DNA of 64,000 nucleotides from a virus (Duplodnaviria; Heunggongvirae; Uroviricota; Caudoviricetes): IMG/VR virus record IMGVR_UViG_3300042922_000286, positions 1 to 64,000 of that record; one strand, 5' to 3'. Shown piece by piece: positions 33,801 to 42,986 of this stretch (position 1 is its first letter; each line of letters starts with the position of its first letter). The notes under the pieces were generated by a model. It saw only the letters and a program-made list of their open reading frames with translations, ran no database searches and was not told where the DNA came from. The position numbers and the translations under genes were made by a program.

Positions 33801-34586
33801 CAAGACGTTAATGGAGCTTTTCAGCAAGCGTCCATATCCGTTCTCGTCATGCACGTATTCACTTCTAACCCTGATGGTGCCGGTTATTTCACTCTGCTCC
33901 CACTTACCTACCCAAATGGCGCTCACAAGGTCTGCGTTTTCCACACCGATGGTTTCGTGGACTACAGGGATAACGGTATCCAAAGGAGCTACGTGAATAA
34001 TTGCGCTAATCGTAGTAGAACGGCTCTCTGTAGTATGGATTGCGGGAGGAAGCCCTGCGACATCGACAAGAGGTCGGGTGTCGTGAGATGCCTTATAAAC
34101 GCCATCATCAGTAGAATGGGACACTGTGATAACAGTATTGGGCGTTGGTTTTGTTTCATGGGTTACCGCCCGCACACCGTCGTCAGTTGTGTGCCTAAGA
34201 TTGAGCACAGTGACAGTGTTATTTTGCGGTTCTACGCTATGCTCCACCAAGAAGTGAACAGGATCATTTAATGAATCGTGCCACGCTATCCACCCTGTCG
34301 GAGGCGTTGGTCTGGTCGTATGGCTATGCCCGCTTATTATCTGAGGTGCGTCCGTAGCGACCTCGGGCCGTGTCTGGTGAACGGCAGTAAAGCCGCTATA
34401 TACATCATGTACAGCAGGGATTGTAGTATCCAACGCAGGTGTGCGCGTTCCATGTGTAAGAGTTACCTCAGCACCCATAACTGCGTGATTCGCCTGTAGT
34501 ACTGTGTCTCCTACTTCCTTAGATTGATGAAGGGCGGTTATATTAATAACCGCCCCCACAATGTCGTTAGCCGCCATATTGTCCAC
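30894..34586 (-). CDS. Giant (1230-aa) repetitive virion-associated protein with about 60 tandem 11-residue repeats (D-L/M-P-S-S-I-x-V-R-x-x), candidate beta-solenoid.
   Basis: Periodic DLPSSI.VRR units through residues 520-1200, a second repeat class (H.T.P....T.I..VH..) near the N-terminus, and a central TWDNQPGPG domain. Other reading frames show the same 33-nt periodicity. Confidence 0.6.
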   Translation of the reverse strand: MDNMAANDIVGAVINITALHQSKEVGDTVLQANHAVMGAEVTLTHGTRTPALDTTIPAVHDVYSGFTAVHQTRPEVATDAPQIISGHSHTTRPTPPTGWIAWHDSLNDPVHFLVEHSVEPQNNTVTVLNLRHTTDDGVRAVTHETKPTPNTVITVSHSTDDGVYKASHDTRPLVDVAGLPPAIHTTESRSTTISAIIHVAPLDTVIPVVHETIGVENADLVSAIWVGKWEQSEITGTIRVRSEYVHDENGYGRLLKSSINVLSVGTSDLTSRIGVKLRNKMTGDSFVIGVQGNEIPMSVIAKRPYDMPSSIGVAPLNRMRGIINIVEPTVLADINTPIKDAFIREGLPKLNYGGEQIIGTGYSAGKEERLRILAGFDISRFLELPLNYELKRAELRLYYAYMKPEISLSLLETDDSWTENGVTWDNQPGPGLLVGIDYTVNEDDRYIAFDLSTYVNDARRDGKAVLNFYINATNEQDPALFVFSKERRSGLEPKIVIEYFDAQIWSFDTANLESRIMAVIRGNKSLASKLTVRGFWTTHDMPSSMFIVQPGERISRIVVSRPDMLGSITVRREEWNDLPSTIAVREPGYNDLENNTIMVSKPDLPSSLFVKKYTDMPSSFLVRVEGYSELFSWGTISAPDRPGSIYVTPYKDWPGSIAVRRSTEWEMPSSLYVSNPTIDCSIYVRFREDLAGSIDVRRNGEGELPGTVNVSKPYLPSSIWVTPYVDVSGLIRVRKRSESRIPATLFVSRPELQSRIWVTPYIDMAGSITVRRSDRLNMPSRLWVSHPTIKGRIYVTPYIDLPGSVTVRHSDRSKIDGTIFVSKPDLPSSVYVRFREDLTGSITARRDSLNEIDAGIVVSRPNLMGTIQPRLHYTLESSLVVRRSDLDDLDSNVYVLYRKEIPGQLDVWIKSDLQGSILVRSQYLNCSIVVPAYGDYEMEGSVIVRRSDVDSIPSTIQLRLHSDLPSTITVRRSNFKDLNGKVVVRVRDTSDLPTQINVVRFSNLPSSITVRRAEISERPSQIVVRRSEWSDLPSAINTLQFVTLPSRIVVRRSETSDIPSNIYVLNRDDLNSEILVRPYESLQGSIFVKYRGNEDTPGIIIPRVRGAYDIPTSLYTVARGNESLPSVIRVSPTNRMTGTVGIIAVRDEDLPSSIQLRLMDDIPGSITVQQVHYYDKSSTLWVRRTSEYDMPSSIALRIHSDLPSSLSLLHRKDLDCVIEIITDLPYAFIM

Positions 34587-34616
34587 GTCCTATCCCATTG
34601 TATTGAGATGGTGACA

Positions 34617-35897
34617 TTACATTTCCACCGCGTCGATAGTTAACGTAATGTCGAACTGCCCTGTTCCAGACATCCCCTTTTGCGTCACGATCTTGGCAAA
34701 AACATCCAAGTAGCTGTTACGATCGATCGGCGCTGTGATAGTCAGTGGACTGGTGGCCCCATCGAAGTTTTCCGTTTCACTGATGAACAACGATGTGTTT
34801 ATGTTAGATGAGGTTCGTGCCCACGAAAGTGTCAGTTGAGTGATTTTGTACCCGTACCCGTTCCTCAACTTCAAGTCTCTGACACGAGAAGTACCTCCTT
34901 CCAAGATAGAGCCGAAATCAATGTTAGGTAAAACCCGCGCACCTTCCGTAATGAAGAACTTGTCGAACTTCTCATAGAACAGTCGTGGGTAATCCCCTGC
35001 CCCGATAACCCAAGGTTGCAGTCCAACAATTTCTGCTCCACTACTGAGCGGAAGGAGAGTGGCTCCGTCCTTAAACGTCGCGTCATTAAAACCGGGAACA
35101 GTAACGGGCGCACCGAATCCCGGATAGGTCATTTTATTTGTTTGGCTGTTGAAGAAGTTATTTGTAACGTTGCCCGCGGCAATACTCACATGATAGCCAA
35201 CCAAATAACCCCAATACGACCTGAAACCAGAGTCGAAGCCCCGATCATTGGAAGTGTAGCAGTTGGCCATAACCGTGTTGCCGCCTGTCATAGTACCAAC
35301 AAGACCTCCCACAGAATTATTGACGTTGTTGGCAGGAGCGTAGTTGCTGAAGTTAACTCCTTCGGAATAACAGTTTCTCATAGCGCCTGCCGTCATATTA
35401 CCAACCAGCATACCGTGCTGCCCGTACCCGCTAAATGTACCTCTGCGAACGCAGCAATTTTCAATCCTAACTGAGCTGCCGTTTATTTGAGCGGCTATTA
35501 AACCTCCAAGTGTTTGTCCACCCGTCATAGTGAAAACAATATCCTCAAAGATTATGTTTTTCACATAAGCGTTAGTGCCTAGATTGTAGAACAATCCTGC
35601 GTTGGCTAGGTTTATGAATGTTATGTTTTTGATGGAGTACCCGTCTCCGTCTAAACTCCCTGTGAATGTATTATTGGTTCCTCGATTGTATCCATTATTC
35701 AGTACGTACGGGGTACCTGAGAAATCGAGGTCAGCTACGAGTTTAGCGTTCGATGAAAGATAAGCTGACTGTGACGTGAACGAGAACAGATCGTACACGT
35801 CCTCGATCAGGTACGGACTCCCTGTAGTGCCGTCGCCGCCTCCAAAAGTCCCTCCTGCCATATATGAACACACCCCTTCGATGTTAATTTCGTACAA
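34617..35897 (-). CDS. Right-handed beta-helix (pectate-lyase fold) tailspike/depolymerase-like protein.
   Basis: Repetitive N/G/T-rich approximately 22-aa beta-helix rungs (GNxxxNCY, NxxGG) and GSPYLIED near the N-terminus. The C-terminal domain is related to those of the two upstream fibre proteins. Confidence 0.55.
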   Translation of the reverse strand: MYEINIEGVCSYMAGGTFGGGDGTTGSPYLIEDVYDLFSFTSQSAYLSSNAKLVADLDFSGTPYVLNNGYNRGTNNTFTGSLDGDGYSIKNITFINLANAGLFYNLGTNAYVKNIIFEDIVFTMTGGQTLGGLIAAQINGSSVRIENCCVRRGTFSGYGQHGMLVGNMTAGAMRNCYSEGVNFSNYAPANNVNNSVGGLVGTMTGGNTVMANCYTSNDRGFDSGFRSYWGYLVGYHVSIAAGNVTNNFFNSQTNKMTYPGFGAPVTVPGFNDATFKDGATLLPLSSGAEIVGLQPWVIGAGDYPRLFYEKFDKFFITEGARVLPNIDFGSILEGGTSRVRDLKLRNGYGYKITQLTLSWARTSSNINTSLFISETENFDGATSPLTITAPIDRNSYLDVFAKIVTQKGMSGTGQFDITLTIDAVEM

Positions 35898-35899
35898 AA

Positions 35900-35948
35900 G
35901 AAAAGACTTACACCATATAGTATAGGGCGCAAGTCTTTCAATCTAACT
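35900..35948 (-). terminator. Long imperfect hairpin terminator (GAAAGACTTGCGCCCTATA/TATATGGTGTAAGTCTTTT) followed by TTCTTTTGT on the minus strand.
   Basis: Approximately 19-bp stem with G-U pairs and a U-rich tail, between the RCC1 and beta-helix genes. Confidence 0.45.
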
Positions 35949-38273
35949 TTAGAGAGGATCGGCTTTAGTAATAATATCGAACATACCACCAATAAGAGCC
36001 TGTCGGTTTGTTACTACCCGTACATAGAAGCTGATCTTTGACCCGTACGGCACGACCTCAGGGAATAACACCTCATCTTCAGGAATAAATGGGGAGTCCT
36101 GCTTACTAAGTTGTACCACGGCATTTACACCATCCAAGTCCCCTTGGTTCGTCCAAAGCCTGACATTCTTCACGTCGAACCCTAGTGTGTTCTTCAACCA
36201 CACTCTTGCTGTTGGAGTGGAGCCGCCCGCCACGACGGTACCAAAGTCAAGGTAGCGCAGAACTTCTCCGATGTCCGTAGAGTAGTAAGTCTCATCAACG
36301 TCACAGAACATTAGTCCCGCATAGTCACCAACGAACACAAGCGACCTAGAGTTAGCGCCTCCCATGTCGTCTTCCGTGAATATCTGCGCTGTATTGTTCT
36401 GTTTGAGTCTAATTCGGTCGGACGGGAATTTGTACTCGCTGACCGCGGGCGAGGTTCCGTATGCAGTCATACCTGAACCCGGGAATAGCTGCTCCCCATT
36501 AAGTAGAATCCTGTACCGAACCGTGTCGCCTTCGGGGTCTTGAATCCTAAATTTCAAAGTTGATCCAAGAACTTCCATGGTGATTACAGGTACCGCATTG
36601 GTTTTTAATACTGTCCGCTGAACCGAAGATTGGACACCGAACTCGTCTCTCGCTTCAATTTTGACCGTATTGGCTCCCATGTTAAATAAGCTGTTTAACA
36701 GGACAGTCGAGAACGTAATGGGCGGCATCTGTAATTCGGTCCAGCCCGACTCAGGGTACATTTGCACGTTGTTTAAGAATACCCGGTACTGGATAAAGTC
36801 TCCCTCAGAATCCGCCACCGTTGATACCACGGTCAAATTCTCTTTGTGAATCTGTTGAGCAACGGTATCCGTTATCGTCGGGGCAACACTTGTCTTACTG
36901 ACGTTAAAGCTGAGGGATGTTGAGGCTCCTTGGCTATCTGAAACCGCCAGTGTAACACTGTTGTTCCCTATATTGAACATTTCGGCGCTTAACGATTTGG
37001 TAAGCTGGAAGGGGCTGAGTACAAATTCAGTCCAACCGTCGCCGGCAGGGAACACCTGCACACCATTTACCAGTAACTTGTAGCGGACTTGGGTGCCGTC
37101 GATACTTGCAATCGTAGACTTGATTACAGTGTCCTGCTTATGGATGGGTGACGTTGCAGATGAGTCTGCTGAAAATACTATAGAGTCACCTACGCTCCCA
37201 TTAACTACACTGGCTGCGCCAGAAGACACTGCAAGGTAAGGAGTAGCTACGGCACCGTTACTGTTTGAACCGGTACCAAGTTGTCCTCGAAAATCATATC
37301 CCGTTGTGTAAATTGAGCCATTGTTCATAAGCCACAATGTATGGTTGGACCCTCGGCCCACATTTCTCAGATCGCTTCCGTTTATGTGTGTGATTGTAGT
37401 TCGAGCTATACCGTTAGAAGAGTTAGGGGTTAGTGCTAGTTCGCCATAGTTGTTGTAACCACAACCTATTAAAACATCGCTACTAGTGTGAATAATAGCG
37501 GCGTAAAACCCTACGTATACATCTTTCACGTTACCCATTACTAATGTGGGTAGCTGTTTGACACTCGTACTTGTAAAGCCTGTCTGGTAGTAAGAACCTA
37601 AACCCCACGAATACAGGTCACCGTTCGCTCTTAGCGCATACCCAAAGTAGTTGCCGCCCGCATAAACCTTGGCAACATTTGTAAATACCAACTGCCAAAC
37701 ATATGTTGAGGTAATAGTCGAGCCTATGCCCAAGGCATAGTTTGTAGTGGCGTTGAAACCTAACCCGTAGAGGTTGCCGTTAATGTCCACAATAAACGTT
37801 GTGTATCCTCCGCAGTCAACCTGTTTGACATTCGACCGCACGAGTGCCCACCCTACACCTACGTCCGAATTGTAATTCATTGACGTCCCTACCTGCCCGT
37901 ACTGGTTGTATCCGCATCCCCACAAGTCACCATTATATTTCAAGGCCATTGTGTGATAGTACCCTGATGCTATCTGCCTTACTCCTGTCATTACTCTCTG
38001 GAAGGTAGCGTTGGGCTTACTTGTACGTACGTTTCTTGTGTCTCCCAAGTTGTTGTAATGGTTATAGCCTGCCGAGTAGAGGTCACCGTTCTGCAAAAGA
38101 ACGTAGGTAGAACCGCCTCCTATGACTACCTGCTTTGCTCCTGAAAGTGGTAGCTTAGTGGGCGTCATTACATCATTTGTATGCCCCAAACCCATGTTCC
38201 CATAATTGTTTATCCCAAACCCGTACAGATCACCTATATCGTCAATATAATAACTTCCATTACCTAAGCCCAT
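35949..38273 (-). CDS. Tail fibre/receptor-binding protein with an RCC1-type beta-propeller, Ig-like repeats and a shared C-terminal domain.
   Basis: Multiple GYNxYGQLG-type RCC1 repeats (GYNQYGQVG, GYDFRGQLG, GYNNYGELA, NNYGNMGLG), internal repeats of about 90 aa, and a C-terminus roughly 50% identical to that of 38287..40380. Confidence 0.6.
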   Translation of the reverse strand: MGLGNGSYYIDDIGDLYGFGINNYGNMGLGHTNDVMTPTKLPLSGAKQVVIGGGSTYVLLQNGDLYSAGYNHYNNLGDTRNVRTSKPNATFQRVMTGVRQIASGYYHTMALKYNGDLWGCGYNQYGQVGTSMNYNSDVGVGWALVRSNVKQVDCGGYTTFIVDINGNLYGLGFNATTNYALGIGSTITSTYVWQLVFTNVAKVYAGGNYFGYALRANGDLYSWGLGSYYQTGFTSTSVKQLPTLVMGNVKDVYVGFYAAIIHTSSDVLIGCGYNNYGELALTPNSSNGIARTTITHINGSDLRNVGRGSNHTLWLMNNGSIYTTGYDFRGQLGTGSNSNGAVATPYLAVSSGAASVVNGSVGDSIVFSADSSATSPIHKQDTVIKSTIASIDGTQVRYKLLVNGVQVFPAGDGWTEFVLSPFQLTKSLSAEMFNIGNNSVTLAVSDSQGASTSLSFNVSKTSVAPTITDTVAQQIHKENLTVVSTVADSEGDFIQYRVFLNNVQMYPESGWTELQMPPITFSTVLLNSLFNMGANTVKIEARDEFGVQSSVQRTVLKTNAVPVITMEVLGSTLKFRIQDPEGDTVRYRILLNGEQLFPGSGMTAYGTSPAVSEYKFPSDRIRLKQNNTAQIFTEDDMGGANSRSLVFVGDYAGLMFCDVDETYYSTDIGEVLRYLDFGTVVAGGSTPTARVWLKNTLGFDVKNVRLWTNQGDLDGVNAVVQLSKQDSPFIPEDEVLFPEVVPYGSKISFYVRVVTNRQALIGGMFDIITKADPL

Positions 38274-38286
38274 ATATCGTCACCCC

Positions 38287-40380
38287 CTATGTCGGGTCTG
38301 CTTCGACGATTACATCGAACAACCCTTTTCCGTATGCTTCAATTGTTGTACCTAGCCTTACATAGAACGCAAGGGAGTCTCCGTGGGCCAGCACGTCAGG
38401 GAATGCAACTTCGCTGCTTTCTTGAAAGGGTTCATTGGAAGAACTGATCTCAGCCCAAACAGTCGTGCCATCCAACTCCCTTTGATTCACAATGAGCCGA
38501 ATGTTCTTCAATTCGTACCCTATGGTATTCTTTAACCACACCCTGTATATGTTTGATTGATTCCCCGCCACTACCCCCGAGATGACTAGGTATTTCAGTA
38601 CATTACCCAAGTTATCAGCGTAGTAGGAACCTAACTCGTCATGAAACATGATGCCCGCGTAGTCCAAAGTCTGTTCGATTATGGACGTAGTGAATGCTCC
38701 TAGTTCATCTGTCATGTCTATTCTGAGACTGCTTTGCTGTCCGATTTGCACGTTGTTGGGCGGTATATCTATCCATAACCCTATCGGGGTAGGTAAAAGT
38801 TCGGTATACCCATTCGTTGTCGAAGGGTAGATATGTTGTCCATCTATAGAGATTCGAAACTGTACCCTGTCGCTGTCCTCGTCTGCTATTACTCCTTTTA
38901 CGATATGCCCCTCGATTCGTAGATTGTCCACGCGAGGTTGGTGATTAACCTTTGATATCGTTAAGGTAGCTGTCCCAGTTCCCTTAATGTGGTAGTTGTC
39001 CTCGATCTCCACGGTCACTTCCGCGTCACCCAAAAGCAGTTCCGCATTAGGTATAATCGAAGTGAACGTGAAAGGCACCTGCCTGTAGCCGCTCCAACCG
39101 AACTTCTCTTCCCCGTCAACAAGGACTCGGTACCTTACCATGTCCCCGTTAGCATCAATGACGGAGCCAGTTATAAGAGCATTGTTCCGATGGATAGGGC
39201 TATTGGAAGTTAGAATAAGCTGAGGGTTCTCGTTAGTGAACGTTATCACGACGCCCGCGCTCATACCGTACGTCACATCATTGGAGTCCTTGGTTTCCAC
39301 CTTTATTACATTCGACCCGGAGAAAAATGCGGAACCGCTAATGGTTACATTGATGGAGTAGTCCCCGCTCATAAACTCAGACCATCCTTCTACAGGGAAG
39401 ACTTGATTCGCCCCAACAAGCACACGATACGCCGATAAATGGTCAGTAGTATTCACGATATCGGCTGTAAATACAACCTCTTGTGTGTGAATAGTGGAAG
39501 GGGTGGCCTGCTCATCCAATGTACGGACAGCCTTGGCGAGATAAGAAATGACCACGACACCTTGGCCTCCGTTACATGCAGGAGTGTTCTTAGAATCGTT
39601 TGACTGCCCACCGCCTCCTCCACCGTACCGTCCACCTGTCCAATTTGATCCCCCGTTAGTGCCATCCATTGAGCCGTCAGTACCACCCGATCCTCCGCGT
39701 CCTGCTGCTCCGTACCCCGATGCTATACCAGACTGAGTACTATACCAGAAAGCAGCGTTTACACCTACACCGCCGCCGCTAGGTGCTGCCCCGTTAGGTC
39801 CGTTATTCCCACCCGCGCCACCACCGCCACCGCTGCCTCCTGCGCCAGCAGTACCACTTGTGTTGCCACTACCTCCATTTCCACCAGTACCGCTCCAGCC
39901 ACCTGCACCGCCGCCTCCACCTGCGGTGTCGCCGTTAGAGTTGCCTCCACTGCCGCCCCATCCTCCACCGTCGCCTCTAAAATAACCGCCGCCACCGCCA
40001 CCATATGAAGCGTTATTGTTGCTGCTCGTTCCGCCACCACCGCTGCCACCGCCCCCACTAACGGTGTCAGTGTCAATAAAATAACTCGGGCTACCTGAGT
40101 TTCCTGAGCCTCCTGCGTTGGCTGTTCTTCCCACGCCTCCTGCTCCCACTGCAACAACGTAGCTTTGCCCCGGGATGACAGATATGTTCTTTCTCCACCC
40201 GAGTCCTCCACCGCCACCACCGCCGCCTGACCAGTAAGCAGCCCCACCTGAGCCGCCCCCTCCAACACAGACTACATCGACAAACGTAACACCAGCAGGA
40301 GCTACCCATAAATCTGAACCTATGTCTGTGAACTCTTCATAGACACGGCCTTCATACTCGTATTTGTTAGTGCTAGGCAT
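38287..40380 (-). CDS. Glycine-rich (collagen-like GGxGG) tail fibre protein with Ig-like repeats and a shared C-terminal domain.
   Basis: About 230-aa low-complexity Gly/Ser/Asn-rich region, Ig-like repeats similar to those of 35949..38273, and a conserved C-terminal approximately 125 aa (DYAGIMF...VWLKNTIGYELKNIRL...). Confidence 0.55.
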   Translation of the reverse strand: MPSTNKYEYEGRVYEEFTDIGSDLWVAPAGVTFVDVVCVGGGGSGGAAYWSGGGGGGGGLGWRKNISVIPGQSYVVAVGAGGVGRTANAGGSGNSGSPSYFIDTDTVSGGGGSGGGGTSSNNNASYGGGGGGYFRGDGGGWGGSGGNSNGDTAGGGGGAGGWSGTGGNGGSGNTSGTAGAGGSGGGGGAGGNNGPNGAAPSGGGVGVNAAFWYSTQSGIASGYGAAGRGGSGGTDGSMDGTNGGSNWTGGRYGGGGGGQSNDSKNTPACNGGQGVVVISYLAKAVRTLDEQATPSTIHTQEVVFTADIVNTTDHLSAYRVLVGANQVFPVEGWSEFMSGDYSINVTISGSAFFSGSNVIKVETKDSNDVTYGMSAGVVITFTNENPQLILTSNSPIHRNNALITGSVIDANGDMVRYRVLVDGEEKFGWSGYRQVPFTFTSIIPNAELLLGDAEVTVEIEDNYHIKGTGTATLTISKVNHQPRVDNLRIEGHIVKGVIADEDSDRVQFRISIDGQHIYPSTTNGYTELLPTPIGLWIDIPPNNVQIGQQSSLRIDMTDELGAFTTSIIEQTLDYAGIMFHDELGSYYADNLGNVLKYLVISGVVAGNQSNIYRVWLKNTIGYELKNIRLIVNQRELDGTTVWAEISSSNEPFQESSEVAFPDVLAHGDSLAFYVRLGTTIEAYGKGLFDVIVEADPT

Positions 40381-40396
40381 GTGCTGACCTCCCCTT

Positions 40397-40438
40397 TAAG
40401 AAAGAAAACTGGATTGGGTTTACAAGCCCACAATCCAG
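40397..40438 (-). terminator. Hairpin terminator (CTGGATTGGG..CCCACAATCCAG) with AGAAAGAAAA on plus giving the U-run on the minus transcript.
   Basis: Inverted repeat at 40409-40438 that overlaps the stop of 40420..41022. Confidence 0.4.
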
Positions 40439-41022
40439 TTAATCTCCCCGCTCACATCCCTTTTCAAGGGAGCCTTAATGACTTGTGCCTCACGGTTATT
40501 AACCCGAATCACAATCTCACCGTCTAGTTTCCTATTAGCTACCAGTCGAAGATTTAGAAGGACTGGTTGATTGCAGGGAATCTTGACAATAGGCTTGATA
40601 TTAAATTTCACACCATCGACTTCCACTTCTGCTTTGTAGCCGAAGTTATACTGTGTTATTCGCGAAGGCATCAATCCTTCTTGGGGATGGAACGCCGATT
40701 CAGCGTCCTTGTATGTGATGATATCAGCGGTGTACTTTCCAAAATGACCTGTTAGAAAGTACTCCTTATCTTTTGTTCGATAGATGATATCGAGCGCTCT
40801 GCCGTTGAGATAGAACACGCCGTCGCGTTCAAAAAACAATTTATTACCGCACCCTATAAGCCCGAAACGAAGCAGTTTGTCTCTCTGAATCATGTAGAAG
40901 TCATTCTCTGCTTTTGTTGAGAAATCAAATTCAGCTAAGTGAGTGCCGTCATAGCACTCACTTAACCAAATGAAGTCCTGCGCCACAGGAGAGCGCCCGT
41001 TAGATGTGCTGAAACCGATCAT
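40420..41022 (-). CDS. Hypothetical structural protein.
   Basis: ORF in the late operon. Confidence 0.4.
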   Translation of the reverse strand: MIGFSTSNGRSPVAQDFIWLSECYDGTHLAEFDFSTKAENDFYMIQRDKLLRFGLIGCGNKLFFERDGVFYLNGRALDIIYRTKDKEYFLTGHFGKYTADIITYKDAESAFHPQEGLMPSRITQYNFGYKAEVEVDGVKFNIKPIVKIPCNQPVLLNLRLVANRKLDGEIVIRVNNREAQVIKAPLKRDVSGEINWIVGL

Positions 41023-41057
41023 TTGTTTTCCCCCTTCATTGCATTGAAGACTGTGGA

Positions 41058-41522
41058 TTAGGTGTACTGATAGGATACGCGAGATAGGAAGTTTACAAGT
41101 CCTGCTGTTGCGGTAGGTGGTACGTTCGCACGAAGAGATATGTGGCAGAAGTTCGTGGTTGCCGATAAGCTACCATCATTCGCGCCACCTCTGATAATAC
41201 CGTTAGCTACGGATGCATCGGACGCTTTCAGGTCACGTACAGAAGTGCCTCCCATAGGGAAGTGCTGTGCCTCGGACTTCGAGATGACCTTACACTCGAT
41301 CCATGTGTTCACGACAAGCTCACCAGTGTTACCGCCCGCGCTGTCCTTAGTGGTAATGGTGGTAGCTGTCATATCAGAAACAGCGGTGCCGCCTCCACGG
41401 TTATTCCAGATCAGAATCTCCTTTGGGGTAGACGCGGAACCAGCATCCACTGTGCCGATATCCCACTGTGTAACTTGCGAACTGTTGTCTGCTGTATACC
41501 AAAATACTGCGGGTTGTGCCAT
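41058..41522 (-). CDS. Hypothetical structural protein.
   Basis: Perfect RBS AAGGAGGT 7 nt before the ATG; in the late operon. Confidence 0.4.
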   Translation of the reverse strand: MAQPAVFWYTADNSSQVTQWDIGTVDAGSASTPKEILIWNNRGGGTAVSDMTATTITTKDSAGGNTGELVVNTWIECKVISKSEAQHFPMGGTSVRDLKASDASVANGIIRGGANDGSLSATTNFCHISLRANVPPTATAGLVNFLSRVSYQYT

Positions 41523-41635
41523 TGGATTACCTCCTTCATTAAATGCTTGTAGTCATGACAAACACTAGCTAGTATAGAACCGTTCATGCTCCGCACTAAC
41601 GCTGCTACAATCCCGATGTACCTAGTCTAGACCGT

Positions 41636-41668
41636 ACATAAAAAACCCTCCCGAGATCGGGAGGGTTG
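41636..41668 (-). terminator. Rho-independent terminator (CCCTCCCG-AGAT-CGGGAGGG) with AAAAA on plus giving the U-run on the minus transcript.
   Basis: Perfect 8-bp stem at 41646-41665. Confidence 0.65.
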
Positions 41669-41680
41669 TGGTGATGGTTC

Positions 41681-42925
41681 TTACAAAACCTTCTTGTACC
41701 AGAGGAACAGGTTATCAGGTACTCCCTCAACCACTTTCAAAGTGTCAGGGGCGAAACTGATACCAACAACGTTGTCATTTACATCCAGTACCTCATCGTA
41801 ATGAAGTCCCGGCACTTGCAAAGCAGAGTTCAGCGCAACGAATAAGGTGTTCGGCTTTGCGGGGCCATTCAAAAGAGTGTATCCAGTCTCACTACTACCA
41901 TCAGACTCGTACACCTCTCGCTGATCTTCCTGTTCCAGTACTGTCAACCGATCATGTTGCGCCTTAAACGCAGCATCGGCGGCAGCTTCGAGATCATCAA
42001 TACGACCTTCCGCAGTTGTGAAGTCGCCTTCTTGGAAGTAACCGTTAGCCGTATCCGCATCCCGGGTAGCAATACCGTCATTCAACGTTTCTTGAGCCTT
42101 CAACCGCTGAGCTAAGTTGGACAGGACAGCTTGTACTGTCAAGCCAGTGTAGTTCGTATCAGTGATGACACCGACAAGACCTGCACCAGTGGTTGCTGCG
42201 AAGTCGTCCCGAATCTCTTGGTCAGCATCTTCACGAGCGTCGATCTCATTGGCAATCTGAGTCACGATGTTCGTACCAAGGTTAGCATTGCCGTCGCCGT
42301 CAAGCGTTCCACCCGCGCCGTACAGGTCTTTCATCAACTGGTTTAGGTTCATGTAAGCCTTAGCGTCAGTGGCACCTTCTACGAAAGCAGAACCCGCGTT
42401 GATGATTGCATTAGCAGGTACTATGGACATGTTCGTACGATTGACGTACTTGTAGTCCACATTCACTGCGCTTGCGAAGGTATAGGCTTGCTCGGTACCG
42501 CCTACGACGGAATAGAAGTCCAAGAAGAACGCCTCAGGGTCTTCTCCGTCAGCCGGGACGTGTCGAAGCTTACCATATACCTTATCTCCGTCCGCATCGA
42601 TGAATGGGAAATCCTCCGTACCAGTCTTGCGAAGTATAGCCTTCTCGGTAAGGACAACGCCTTCGGTGGAAGTATCCACGGCAATGGTCTTGTTTGTAAT
42701 ATCCGCAGTAACTTCGATAAACGAAGTGCCCGCACCCACAGCTACATTGTTCTTTTGAATGAAAACGTCGATCTTGGTATCCTCAAGAATCTCCCGGTGC
42801 TGTGCCCATTTCAGGTCGATCTTGTTTTCATTGATCTTGTTGTTAACGTCGAAGTGACCGTCACGAAGTAACTTAGAACGTAACTGTTCACCACGAAACG
42901 AAGAAATACCTCTGGTTCCTGCCAT
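41681..42925 (-). CDS. Hypothetical structural protein, possibly a fibre/baseplate component; followed by a strong terminator.
   Basis: 414 aa, Ala/Gly/Asp/Thr-rich, with RBS AAAGGAG. Confidence 0.4.
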   Translation of the reverse strand: MAGTRGISSFRGEQLRSKLLRDGHFDVNNKINENKIDLKWAQHREILEDTKIDVFIQKNNVAVGAGTSFIEVTADITNKTIAVDTSTEGVVLTEKAILRKTGTEDFPFIDADGDKVYGKLRHVPADGEDPEAFFLDFYSVVGGTEQAYTFASAVNVDYKYVNRTNMSIVPANAIINAGSAFVEGATDAKAYMNLNQLMKDLYGAGGTLDGDGNANLGTNIVTQIANEIDAREDADQEIRDDFAATTGAGLVGVITDTNYTGLTVQAVLSNLAQRLKAQETLNDGIATRDADTANGYFQEGDFTTAEGRIDDLEAAADAAFKAQHDRLTVLEQEDQREVYESDGSSETGYTLLNGPAKPNTLFVALNSALQVPGLHYDEVLDVNDNVVGISFAPDTLKVVEGVPDNLFLWYKKVL

Positions 42926-42986
42926 CCTTTATCAACTCCTTTGATGAAATGTACTATACCCTAGTATATACGGCCTACTTTACGGG

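Noticed and set aside
30894-34586. Idea that the 1230-aa repeat protein is a second tape-measure protein.
   Set aside because: It has no coiled-coil or heptad character. Its 11-residue beta-type repeats and its position at the distal end of the module argue for a fibre or solenoid protein.
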